Positions 54,546 through 64,000 of a DNA stretch of 64,000 nucleotides are shown piece by piece. Origin of the DNA: an uncultured virus (IMG/VR IMGVR_UViG_3300032160_000002) (Duplodnaviria > Heunggongvirae > Uroviricota > Caudoviricetes); IMG/VR virus record IMGVR_UViG_3300032160_000002; one strand, written 5' to 3'. A program made the position numbers and the translations under genes. Numbering within the stretch: the first letter of the stretch is position 1; each line of letters starts with the position of its first letter. The notes beneath the pieces were generated by a model. That model saw only the letters and a list, made by a program, of their open reading frames with translations. It was not told the DNA's origin and did no database searches.

Positions 54546-57500
54546 ATGAGCTTTCGCCGTCGCAATCTGCCTGTTCTTCTCTTTTTTCTCTGCGGTTCGC
54601 TCGCCTGGGGCGCGGATCCTTCGGTGCGCCATGGACTACCAAAAGGGTTGGCTTCGCCCTTCCCTGCCCCGGCGACAGGGGTCCAGCTCTCGAATGGCTT
54701 GGTTATTGATTCGGGCGGCAACCTGATGATCAACGCAGGCCTCGGCGGTGGCGGCGTAAGCCTCAGCAACGGTCTCTCGCTCGACAGCAGTGGCAACTTG
54801 CTAGTCCATTGCGTGGTCGGTTGCTCTAGCGGCGGCTCGGGCACCGTGCAGGCGGCTCCGCAGTTCACTGTCGGCTGCTATCCCAACACGCCCTCGGCAA
54901 GCGTGATCGGCGGCTGCACCAATATCCTGAGCGACGGCAACGGAAATTTAATCCTCTCTCCAAGTTCCGGGACCAGTTCGTTCACGGCCCCAGACTACGG
55001 AGCTTCGCCAGTGCTGGGAGCCATCAATGATTTGAGTGCTTCCACGTCCACCACCGACAACTCATTTATTCGTCGAATCAGCGCTGGCACAACCAGCTAT
55101 CAAAATCCCTTGCTCGTCGACGTCTTTGGCTATCCGCAATTGCAAGTTGCCAGCCTGCAGGGAGCTTCGCACGTCGGCACGATTCTGGTGGGCGGCTCGA
55201 TCCCCGTCAATACGTTTACGCCAGGCTCGTTCTACACCGGCCCTCTCACTACTTCGCAGACGAGCACGATGTGGATTTACTCGAAATCGCGCACGTCCGC
55301 ACTCACCCTAATTGCCGATGAGACGAGCGCCAGTTTTGGCTCGATCTTCCGCATGCGCACGTCACAGGCAGCAGCGACCACGTTTAAGGGCTTTGAGCTT
55401 TGCACGGGTATGACCACCTCGCCGACTGGCGATGGAAGCTGCTCCAGCGGAAACATTCAGGCGTATCTCGACGGAGCGGGAAATTACTTTGGAGCAAGTT
55501 ATACAGGACTCAGTTCAGCGTTTTTGCTGTCGAGTACATGCCCCGGATCGAATCCCTCGCCGCTGAGTGGCCTGTCCGGTTTAGCCGTATTTTCTGATTG
55601 CAATTTTTACAGTTCCAACAATGGGGGCACCTTCTATCAAGTTGTCAACCTCGCTCCCGTTTCGGCCAACACGATTTTCGGGAATCTCACCGGATCATCC
55701 GCCGCGCCATCGTTTGTCGCTACCCAAGGCACCGATAGCAAGGTTATGACGGCGGGAACAGTCTCCGGCACGTCACAGAGTCTTTGCACGGATGCAAATG
55801 GCGGAGCAACCACGGTAAGCTGTCCACCGGGCGTGGCTCTCCCGGTGAGCGCGGCGAACGGTGGCACCGGACAGACCACAACCGTTTGGGGCGATCCCCG
55901 CAACTCGACTTCTCCCGCCATGGCCGCTGGGGCCGACTGGTGCGCTGGGGTGAATTCGCTATGGTCTTCTTCGGTCCATAACATCGATGGGTCGAACGTT
56001 GGAACGTGGACGAGCGGCGGACAATTATTCTGCAATTCCAATCCATTCACAAATGCGCCGAGTGGAGCAATTCTTAGACTCCCATGCGCGACCATCGTCA
56101 TCTCGGTTAGTTGGGCCACGGGCGGAGCGCCACACGATACCATCCCTTGCATCGGCAACAACGGCAATGGCGCTTCCTATGCAGGAACCGTCATCCAGCT
56201 TTGCTCGGACTCCACGGGAAGCACCGGATGCGGCCCGAACGCCTACCCAAGTTTTGAACTCACGGCAACGAATGAGTATCCCGTCGGCGAACCCAATGCG
56301 CCAGCCCTCGTTTGCTATTCGAGCGGCGCAACCTGGGGATCGCACTTCTGTAAGACAGGGTCAACGGTCAGCACCGGGACTGCGACGTTCGCAGCATCGA
56401 CCAGTGTCACGGGAAGCTCTGTCACGTGGACATCGGCCATGGTTGGCGGTTTTGTCACAGACTGCGATTCGACTCTGTCCCCAGCGTGCTCCGCCATCGG
56501 CCACATCATCGCGGTGCCGAACTCTACTACGCTGACTCTGGACGCAAACTGGACGGGGAGCGCGAATTCGGCGCACGCCTACACGATTTTTGAACCAAAC
56601 GTCTTTGTCGCGTATTGCGACGGCTGCAAAGCAGGCTCACTGAATAGTACCGTCTTCGCGCACCACCTCGGCCCAGTGCATATCGATCTGGGCGGAATCG
56701 CGAACGCTACAGCCTATCTCGACCCAGCGATTTGCCAGGAGCGCTGTCTGGTTGATGGCATTGCCGTGACCCACAACGGCGGCAACCAGACCCACGAGGA
56801 AACCAATCAGGCTTATGCGTGCGGAGTTTGGGATCGCAGTTTCCGGACCGGTGGCGGCTCGGCGCACTGGGGCATGTCCTCGCCCTCGCAATGTTCTGTG
56901 GGCACCAACGGCGGAGGGACGACCAGCAACGGCTGGATGATCGAGATGTACTCGATTCTCACGCAGTTGACCGGCGGCGGCCCGGAGATTTTTTATGCAG
57001 GAACCGTAACCGGCGCTTCGGGACACCTGATTCAAATTCCGCTGGCCATCGATGGCATGCAGGGCGCAAATACCTTCCACTGCCCGCACATGGAATTCAT
57101 CAACGGCGACGGAGTCTCGATCGGTGTCACCAATGCGGTGAGCGGCATAAAACTCGAAGGCTGCACCATCGCCAACACCTTCAACGGCGATGTGGTCCAC
57201 TTCCTGACGCCAACCAATGGCACCAGCATCTCGAATACCGTGGAGAATCTGACCTCCGGCAGCGGCGCGAAATCTCTGATCGTGGACGACTCCAACACCG
57301 GAACGAACGTCACGTCGGCAACCTATATCGCCTACTGGCAACAGACGGGATCGCTGGCGATGCTGGCCTCGATCATCGACAGCGGCCTTACGGCGAGCAC
57401 CAGCCCGATTTGCCCGCATGGAACGAATGGAGCGTTTACGATCACGGGATGCAGCGGCGCAGGTGCGGCTTCGACCGTAATTCCGGTCGCGAAAACCTCC

Positions 57501-58382
57501 AACTACACGTTGACTTCCGGCGATTTCCAATCGGCCAGTACGACCTCGGTCGAAGCGCTGCAATTTACCATCTCCTCGACTACCTCAGTCACCGCAACCC
57601 TTCCATCCTCGGCTCCGGCTCAGATCAGCAGCCAGAATCCCTGCGTGTGGATTGAGAACTCGATTGCCTCGGCTCCTTGGGTATTGCTGATCAATTCAAA
57701 CAGCCTCACGCTCGACGGCACCGCGTACCCGGTGGCTTCAACCACCGACGTGGGAGTGAGTCCGGGAGAATCCGTGGAAATCTGCTCCAACGGATCCAAC
57801 TATCTGGTTGCGGCTGGATCTGTGGCCATCATCCCCATTCAAGTGGGGCGGGGCGGAATCTGGAGTAATGGCGCTCACTTCACCCTTGGGGCTTATGGGG
57901 AAAATGGCACAGGGGCTTTAGCCATCAATACGATGTACGGTTCGCAGTTGACGCTTTCGCAGCCGATGGCGCTCGGCGATTTCATCGTAAGCGCCACCAC
58001 CGCAGGAACCGGCAGCGTGGTATTTTACGCCTGCGTCTACAACTCTGCGGGAACGACGCTACTCTGGTCTGCCAGTGCTTCCATCGGCACCGGCACCGGA
58101 CCTTTCACCGGCAGCGCCACGCAGACGGTTCTCGCCCGAGGGAATTATCTGGTTACCTACGGCAACACAGGGACGACGGGAGCGGAATATTGGTGGTATG
58201 AACCGCCTCTCTCGGGCATGAGTAGCCTGTTGAACAAACTGAATGCGGTGAGCGGCAGCAATCCGCCGGTCTATTTCACGGCGGCCAACGGGGTGAGCAG
58301 CGGCTGCCCGAGTTCCACAGGAGCACTGTCGGCGGAAAGCGTCGGCACCATCCTGGAGACGATGGTTGGGTTAGGGCCGTAG
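54546..58382 (+). CDS. large signal-peptide-bearing, Cys-rich fibre/spike-like protein
   Basis: LLFFLCGSLAWG-A; LPVSAANGGTGQT, ANTIFGNLTGSSAAP and VAKTSNYTLT fibre motifs. Confidence 0.75.
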   Translation: MSFRRRNLPVLLFFLCGSLAWGADPSVRHGLPKGLASPFPAPATGVQLSNGLVIDSGGNLMINAGLGGGGVSLSNGLSLDSSGNLLVHCVVGCSSGGSGTVQAAPQFTVGCYPNTPSASVIGGCTNILSDGNGNLILSPSSGTSSFTAPDYGASPVLGAINDLSASTSTTDNSFIRRISAGTTSYQNPLLVDVFGYPQLQVASLQGASHVGTILVGGSIPVNTFTPGSFYTGPLTTSQTSTMWIYSKSRTSALTLIADETSASFGSIFRMRTSQAAATTFKGFELCTGMTTSPTGDGSCSSGNIQAYLDGAGNYFGASYTGLSSAFLLSSTCPGSNPSPLSGLSGLAVFSDCNFYSSNNGGTFYQVVNLAPVSANTIFGNLTGSSAAPSFVATQGTDSKVMTAGTVSGTSQSLCTDANGGATTVSCPPGVALPVSAANGGTGQTTTVWGDPRNSTSPAMAAGADWCAGVNSLWSSSVHNIDGSNVGTWTSGGQLFCNSNPFTNAPSGAILRLPCATIVISVSWATGGAPHDTIPCIGNNGNGASYAGTVIQLCSDSTGSTGCGPNAYPSFELTATNEYPVGEPNAPALVCYSSGATWGSHFCKTGSTVSTGTATFAASTSVTGSSVTWTSAMVGGFVTDCDSTLSPACSAIGHIIAVPNSTTLTLDANWTGSANSAHAYTIFEPNVFVAYCDGCKAGSLNSTVFAHHLGPVHIDLGGIANATAYLDPAICQERCLVDGIAVTHNGGNQTHEETNQAYACGVWDRSFRTGGGSAHWGMSSPSQCSVGTNGGGTTSNGWMIEMYSILTQLTGGGPEIFYAGTVTGASGHLIQIPLAIDGMQGANTFHCPHMEFINGDGVSIGVTNAVSGIKLEGCTIANTFNGDVVHFLTPTNGTSISNTVENLTSGSGAKSLIVDDSNTGTNVTSATYIAYWQQTGSLAMLASIIDSGLTASTSPICPHGTNGAFTITGCSGAGAASTVIPVAKTSNYTLTSGDFQSASTTSVEALQFTISSTTSVTATLPSSAPAQISSQNPCVWIENSIASAPWVLLINSNSLTLDGTAYPVASTTDVGVSPGESVEICSNGSNYLVAAGSVAIIPIQVGRGGIWSNGAHFTLGAYGENGTGALAINTMYGSQLTLSQPMALGDFIVSATTAGTGSVVFYACVYNSAGTTLLWSASASIGTGTGPFTGSATQTVLARGNYLVTYGNTGTTGAEYWWYEPPLSGMSSLLNKLNAVSGSNPPVYFTAANGVSSGCPSSTGALSAESVGTILETMVGLGP

Positions 58383-58427
58383 GATTTCTGAGATTCGCTC
58401 CCTATCTTACATGGGGGAGGGAAAAAG

Positions 58428-58694
58428 TCATTTCGATTTCGGGCCGATGTGCTCGAACGTTAAGGAATCCTGTTTGTCGCCTATGACATCTGCCAGACTC
58501 ACAGTTTCCGCCCATGCTTGCGGACCCACTTTTCTTCGGCGCGGTACGGCTCTAGCTTTATCCAGCGAAGCGTCGGCCAACGCATCAACCACTGCACGGC
58601 CCTGTTTGTGACAGCGACATCGGCAACTCTTTGGATCGCAGGGATTCCCATCTCTACGTCCGATCGAACACGGTTCGCAACGCTCTACATCCAC
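58428..58694 (-). CDS. small Cys/His-cluster protein antisense to the late genes
   Basis: GTG after AGAGGGG; CEPCSIG...C...CRCRCH. Confidence 0.55.
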   Translation of the reverse strand: MDVERCEPCSIGRRDGNPCDPKSCRCRCHKQGRAVVDALADASLDKARAVPRRRKVGPQAWAETVSLADVIGDKQDSLTFEHIGPKSK

Positions 58695-58725
58695 TGAAAA
58701 TCCCCTCTTTCGTTCCCATCCTACA

Positions 58726-61700
58726 ATGAAGCGCCTCCTTTTCCTCTGCTGTTTTGCCTGCCTAACTATTCCTGCGTTCGCGGCGGGAGGAACCTGTCCC
58801 ACGGGAGCGAACTACATCGACCTGACTAACCCCTCGAATGGTGGTGGCCTTGGCTCAATTACGCTTTCCACTCTGGGCGAAACGTCTTGCTATTACATCT
58901 CCGCGAGCGGCCTCGATACGAATACCGGCACGGATGAATCTCACCCATGGCTTCATGCGCCCGGCATGGCGAATTGTAGTTCCACTTGTGCCGGAGTCAC
59001 ACCGACTGCCGGATTAGGCTTCATCTTCCGCGGTGGCGACACTTGGCATCAGCACTCGGGCAGTCCTCTTACCGGCGCGTGGGCGTGGAATTACAGCACA
59101 GGCACCAGCAGCAATCCCATCTATTTCGGCGTTGATTTCACCTGGTTCAGCGGGGGCTCATTCGTGCGCCCCATCTTCAATCAGGACAACCCCCTCAGCA
59201 CGACCACGGTTTCCAGTTGCTCGTTCGCGGAAGACGGCAACACATTCCTCACCCTCTCCGGCAGCTGGATCATCGCCGATACGCTGGAATTTACCGGAAA
59301 TTGTATGTCCGGCTCTGGCGACAACAGCACCATCGATCCCACGGGCGGCGCCGACATCGTCACCGAACGGCTTTACATTCATGGCTGGACGATGACCTCC
59401 GGCGTGGGCGATGACGGCGGCGTCAAAATCGGCACCAACGCGAACTCCACCGGCAACGTCTCGAACCGGCATCTGTTCGATGTGATCGACGGTTCCGACT
59501 CCACTTACGGAACGAACTGCAATTCCTCCAGTTGCATCGGGGTCGGCAATTCTCCGCCCACGCACGGCGCAACCGGCTGGGGTTTCGGCGATGCCTACGA
59601 CGTGGAATATTCCTTCATCCAGCACCTCTCGAATGGTATTCAGGCAGGTGAAGTCTGCAATCTGATTGGCGACACCATGCAGTTTATTTTCGAGCCCTCG
59701 TTCGGTGGACGGCACGGGAACGTGGTCGAGCACAACTTTGGCGCGGGCTGCACCACGGGACTGATCTACAACAATCTGGTTCTGAACACGAACACCGGGG
59801 TGCGCTGGTGGCTGGAACTGGGCACCGGCTACATCTTCAATAACGTCTCCATCCATAGCGGGCACACCTTCACCGAAGGTACTTGCGGGGCGTGCGATCC
59901 CGACGGGCTGAATCTCTCGGGAACCGGCAGAACCGGATTCCCCGTCGTTCATTACTACCTTTACAACAATACCTTTCAAACGATCTTGTCGCAGGCACAG
60001 GCGGAGAGCAGTACCACGCCCGGCTGGGGATCTGGTTCGACGATCACCTTCGAAAACAATCACATCATGGATTACACCAGTTCGGGAGCCTTCTTTAACT
60101 GCCTTGGCAGCAATAGTTGCTCCGAAACCGACAACGGTGGATCGAAATTTATGACCACCTCGGTCGCGAACACGGACGGCTACGTGCTCGCGAATAACTA
60201 CGCTCCGACGTCTGGCTCCAGTCCAACGGTGGGCACGGGAAATAATGTCACCTCATCGTTTTGCTCAACACTGCCTAATGCCAACGCGATTGCGGCGTGC
60301 GAAGGAGCGACTTCGACGGGAGTGAGCGAGATTAGCGCCTGGGGTGGAAAATCCGCTTCTTATCCGGACATTACGGTCAATGCGAGACCCTCCTCCGGCG
60401 CATGGGATACGGGAGCCTACGAGTTCAATGCCGGGGTAAGTTTCACAGCCTCCCCTACCACGCTTCCCGCGCACCACTCCAGCAATATTGCCGTCACGCT
60501 CACCGGCAGTGGAACTTCGTGGACCGGCAGCACTGCATTTTCGATCTCAGGCGTAAGCGGTGCGACGCTAGTCAGCAAGTCGAACTCCTCTGCCACGAGT
60601 GAGACGCTGCAAATTACAACTGGCAGCGGCACAGGCACATTAACGATTACCGACACTACGGATTCAATTTCGACGACGGTTGCGGTAGCGACGGCCACGC
60701 TCGGACTTTCTCCGACAACCGGCGCCACCGGCACGACTCCGACCTTGACCCTGACGGGAACCAATACACTGTGGCTCTCCGAAACTCTGAGTGGCTTGTT
60801 TACCGAGAGCGGCGGATCAGGAGCGAGCCTTTCGGGTTGCTCTGTGACCACAAATACTGCGGCCACTTGCACGCTGACAGTTGGCTCCGCTACGGGCACG
60901 CTGACCATCACAGACAACAGCACGACCGCGACGGCTAGCTTTACCGCCACTGCGTCCCTCGCTTGCGGTGGCACGGCGAGCGTCGTCCAGCATCTCTACA
61001 CGACGTCCTGCGTGGGGAACGGATCGAACACGACTTGCACGGTCACGCCGTCTTCGACGAGCGGAGCGAACCATCTAGGCGGGATCGTTGCGTGGTTTTC
61101 CGGTTCGAGCAGTTCTACATCGAATGGGATTACCTCCGTCAGCGGCAACGTGAATGGGACGACCGGCTGGACAGCGTGCCCCAGTCACTCTTGTTTCGCC
61201 TCGGTGGGAACGATCGCCTCCGGCTGCGCATCCGGCTTCTGCTCACAGGATGTTTATTACAACCCCAACATGACCGGCGGTGACACTTCATTCACGGTGA
61301 CGCTCGGAAATCCTCCACCAACTTTCTTCCAAGTCTGGTACGGGGAATGGTCGCTACCGGGGACTGGTGGCGCATTTTACGATACGAGCGGAAGCGGCAC
61401 GGATGCGACGGCCTGCACCAATTGTGCCGGGCAAGCTCTTACGTTGAGTGATAAACAGGACATCATCATCCAGACTTCGAACTCATCGCAGGAATGCACC
61501 GCGATCTCTCCTTCGACCTACTCCAACCCGGTGGATGTGGTTCCGACGACCGAGTATGGTGGGGTAGCAGCGGCGCAAATCGACGTGACTTCGGCGCCGA
61601 CGACGCCAACTTACACCTGCGTTTCTGGCACTGTTCCGGTATCCGGGCTGGCGCTGGCGGAGTGTACCGCTGCGCTCGGTACAACAGTTGTCAATCCTGC

Positions 61701-64000
61701 CTTCTCGCTCACGACAGGAAATTACGTCGGGCCACAATTTGAAATTCTGAGCGATCCAACCCCTGGAGCTACGATCTGCTACACCACGGACGGCTCGACC
61801 CCCGCAGCCTCGACGCCGGGAACCTGCAGCCACGGAACCACCTATACGGTTCCGTTTCTGCTGCCGCAGCCCACGCAGACTGTGCAAGCCCTAGGAACAC
61901 TAAGTGGAGACACGAACTCTTCGGTCGTCTCAAGCGGGGCCATCAACATCACCAACGTGGCGCAACTGCCCGCCGTCCAGGTCGATAACAACGAAGCCGT
62001 TGACGGCACGACCACGCTGACGACTTACGAGTTGAATCTCGGGACGCAGACCTGGACTGTCGGCCCGCCGCCGTCCTGCAGCTTCTCTGTGCCTTATTGG
62101 ACGGTCGGAACCCCAACCTTGAGCGGCTTGCAATCGGCAATCAACGATGTGGAAATCTGCCGGACCCATTTCGGCTTCGCCTCGATCCTCGACATTCCTC
62201 CCGCACTTTATACCGGAGCGGCCGGGATCTACATCCCGCAATCCAGCTCCTCGCTCGCCACGCAGTTCAACATCCTGCGATCGACGCAAGATTCCAATCT
62301 GCCGAATGGAACCACCGTTTGCTCCCACGGCATTCAGGACAATCTGGCCACCTCGACCGATCCGGGAATCGACAATCCCGACTGTGCTGGGGATGTGATG
62401 ACCTACCAGCTTGGAACTACCGTCACCTCGATTTCGGCGGGAGCTTTCACGCTAGCGAATGGCACCGCGACCAACACATCGAATTACGACGACGTGCAGT
62501 ATATGTGGACCCTCGAAGGATCCGGAACTACGCCGACCGCCATGCGCTTTTGCTCCCCTGTTGGCGGTGGTAGTAGTTCCTCGTTGGTTCCCGCATGCAC
62601 CAGCTCCACGCTGGCGCCGGATCATTGGCTGATCGAAGACGGCGAGTTTCGCATTCAGGCGGGAGACACAACCGGATCGGATATCGTTGACATGGCGGGA
62701 AGCGGGAGCGAAACGGCTACCAGCCAATATCCCACCCACATCCACTTCCGCAAGGACTGGGCGCATGGCGATTGGACAAGCCTGGTCGCCGGTGCAAATT
62801 CCGTCTCCGATGGTTTCAATCTGATCTGTCAATACTGTTCCATTGTGGACTCGCAGGTGAGCGAGGCGCTCCGGCCCGGCGCCGAAGGTCACGCCTTTAT
62901 CTTTCAAGGAGACACCGCGAAGTTCAATCACAACTGGTTCGAGGGCCAATCCATCGGCATGATCACCGGAGGAAACTGCTCTCCATGGCCGGTGAGCGGC
63001 TACATTCCCTTTCAGGACGTTGAAATCCGGCGCAACCGGTTTACCTTCCCGTGGTCGTGGCTCGGAGTCGGAACCGTTCCGGGCGGCAACACGAACTGGG
63101 GCGGTTCTGGGATCGCCCGCAAAAATGCCGGACCGGAACTGAAATCCGGGCAACGGGATCTGATCACCGGCAACATCAGCGAAAACATTGATACCTCGGG
63201 CGGCCAGGGCGGGGTTACCGACGACTTCAAAACGGCGAACGATTCTTGCGGATTTGGAACCAACTATCAGAACATCCTCACCGACGTGACGGATGTCTCG
63301 AACATCCGGCGCAACGGCCTGGAAACGTTTGAACTCGTTCGCAACCCCGGAACTGTCGGCGGAGTGGATCAGGGGACGCGCCGGGTCAGCATGAGCAATG
63401 ATTTCTGGTACAACATTTCGGAAACGAATTTCGGCGGGAGCGAGAATCAGGGCTTCCAGATTCAGGCATCCGGGTGGGCATGGCAGGGAACACTCACAGA
63501 GAATGCCAATGGGTCGGCCACCTTTGTCGCGAATTGCTCCGTCGATCGAGGCACCTGTATTGGGCAGATCGCCTCCGTCACTATCAGTGGATGCTCTGGA
63601 GCTGGAAGTTGGTCAGCTTCCGCTCCAAATCTTACTGGCGGGACGAAAGCAACTGGAAGCTACAACGCTTCCTGTGTAGCAACCATCAGTAATCCGGGAT
63701 CTGGATATACGTCCGCTCCGACAATTTCTCCTTCCACTGGTAGTGGAACAGCTACCATTAACGCCTCTTCGACCACGCCTCCTACGGGCTTTACCGTCCT
63801 CGACATTCCTCCGGGCGACATTGCCGGAGTCTACGGCTGCTCTGTCGTTACCTCGTTCAACCAGCCGACGACTTCCTATAGTTCAGGGTTTTTGCCTTCC
63901 GGGATCGGCCCTGTCGTCTTACCGGGCGTAAATCCACTGAGTCTGACCACAACCTATGCGTGGCCGACTTCCACGACGCCCAGCGGATCGTCGGACACGG
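58726..64000 (+). CDS. very large secreted-type multi-domain beta protein, truncated by the window edge (>1750 aa; absent from the ORF track)
   Basis: MKRLLFLCCFACLTIPAFA signal; YYISASGLDTNTG and RGGDTW beta-helix start; WDTGAYEF; ATICYTTDGSTP (CHB_HEX_C/Fn3-associated); SNPGSGYTSAPTI; same frame at all positions spot-checked. Confidence 0.85.
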   Translation, partial: MKRLLFLCCFACLTIPAFAAGGTCPTGANYIDLTNPSNGGGLGSITLSTLGETSCYYISASGLDTNTGTDESHPWLHAPGMANCSSTCAGVTPTAGLGFIFRGGDTWHQHSGSPLTGAWAWNYSTGTSSNPIYFGVDFTWFSGGSFVRPIFNQDNPLSTTTVSSCSFAEDGNTFLTLSGSWIIADTLEFTGNCMSGSGDNSTIDPTGGADIVTERLYIHGWTMTSGVGDDGGVKIGTNANSTGNVSNRHLFDVIDGSDSTYGTNCNSSSCIGVGNSPPTHGATGWGFGDAYDVEYSFIQHLSNGIQAGEVCNLIGDTMQFIFEPSFGGRHGNVVEHNFGAGCTTGLIYNNLVLNTNTGVRWWLELGTGYIFNNVSIHSGHTFTEGTCGACDPDGLNLSGTGRTGFPVVHYYLYNNTFQTILSQAQAESSTTPGWGSGSTITFENNHIMDYTSSGAFFNCLGSNSCSETDNGGSKFMTTSVANTDGYVLANNYAPTSGSSPTVGTGNNVTSSFCSTLPNANAIAACEGATSTGVSEISAWGGKSASYPDITVNARPSSGAWDTGAYEFNAGVSFTASPTTLPAHHSSNIAVTLTGSGTSWTGSTAFSISGVSGATLVSKSNSSATSETLQITTGSGTGTLTITDTTDSISTTVAVATATLGLSPTTGATGTTPTLTLTGTNTLWLSETLSGLFTESGGSGASLSGCSVTTNTAATCTLTVGSATGTLTITDNSTTATASFTATASLACGGTASVVQHLYTTSCVGNGSNTTCTVTPSSTSGANHLGGIVAWFSGSSSSTSNGITSVSGNVNGTTGWTACPSHSCFASVGTIASGCASGFCSQDVYYNPNMTGGDTSFTVTLGNPPPTFFQVWYGEWSLPGTGGAFYDTSGSGTDATACTNCAGQALTLSDKQDIIIQTSNSSQECTAISPSTYSNPVDVVPTTEYGGVAAAQIDVTSAPTTPTYTCVSGTVPVSGLALAECTAALGTTVVNPAFSLTTGNYVGPQFEILSDPTPGATICYTTDGSTPAASTPGTCSHGTTYTVPFLLPQPTQTVQALGTLSGDTNSSVVSSGAINITNVAQLPAVQVDNNEAVDGTTTLTTYELNLGTQTWTVGPPPSCSFSVPYWTVGTPTLSGLQSAINDVEICRTHFGFASILDIPPALYTGAAGIYIPQSSSSLATQFNILRSTQDSNLPNGTTVCSHGIQDNLATSTDPGIDNPDCAGDVMTYQLGTTVTSISAGAFTLANGTATNTSNYDDVQYMWTLEGSGTTPTAMRFCSPVGGGSSSSLVPACTSSTLAPDHWLIEDGEFRIQAGDTTGSDIVDMAGSGSETATSQYPTHIHFRKDWAHGDWTSLVAGANSVSDGFNLICQYCSIVDSQVSEALRPGAEGHAFIFQGDTAKFNHNWFEGQSIGMITGGNCSPWPVSGYIPFQDVEIRRNRFTFPWSWLGVGTVPGGNTNWGGSGIARKNAGPELKSGQRDLITGNISENIDTSGGQGGVTDDFKTANDSCGFGTNYQNILTDVTDVSNIRRNGLETFELVRNPGTVGGVDQGTRRVSMSNDFWYNISETNFGGSENQGFQIQASGWAWQGTLTENANGSATFVANCSVDRGTCIGQIASVTISGCSGAGSWSASAPNLTGGTKATGSYNASCVATISNPGSGYTSAPTISPSTGSGTATINASSTTPPTGFTVLDIPPGDIAGVYGCSVVTSFNQPTTSYSSGFLPSGIGPVVLPGVNPLSLTTTYAWPTSTTPSGSSDT

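Larger units (their letters stand above)
1..64000. mobile_element. tailed phage / prophage / phage-plasmid, podovirus-like
   Basis: Portal, capsid, terminase and ejection genes; no tape-measure or sheath gene and no host housekeeping gene recognised. Confidence 0.9.

Noticed and set aside
1..64000. CRISPR array, tRNA/rRNA, reverse transcriptase or DGR, endolysin
   Set aside because: No repeat-spacer array, cloverleaf, YxDD RT or lysin motif recognised by eye; tRNAscan, Infernal and HMM searches would be needed to exclude them

Overview
The window is about 64 kb of a GC-rich tailed phage or prophage with a podovirus-like (P22/T7-type) morphogenesis module. The host is unknown; Acidobacteriota is a weak guess. 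Approximate layout: a dif-like site at 100-127; a rightward block of small genes with a cold-shock domain protein, a HerA-like ATPase and a SAM methyltransferase (265-7460); an AT-richer cargo island encoding a secreted beta-propeller protein (7.5-9.7 kb); a leftward early operon with a Sak4/AAA_24-like ATPase and a broken HNH gene (9.9-13.0 kb); a divergent, apparently leaderless promoter switch (13.0-13.1 kb); a small serine resolvase with a res-like site (15.7-16.35 kb). Then come portal, scaffold, major capsid, head-tail and tail proteins, ejection proteins (one with a Hint domain), a 3468-aa DarB-like methyltransferase-SNF2 protein, terminase small and large subunits, and very large signal-peptide-bearing, Cys-rich fibre/adhesin-like proteins that run off the right edge. 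The most striking signal is nested coding. (1) The terminase intein has no endonuclease in its own frame but contains a complete HNH endonuclease gene on the opposite strand, with its own candidate promoter and RBS. (2) The low-complexity linkers of the giant DarB-like protein contain three overprinted +1-frame genes. All calls come from reading the sequence by eye; no searches were run.
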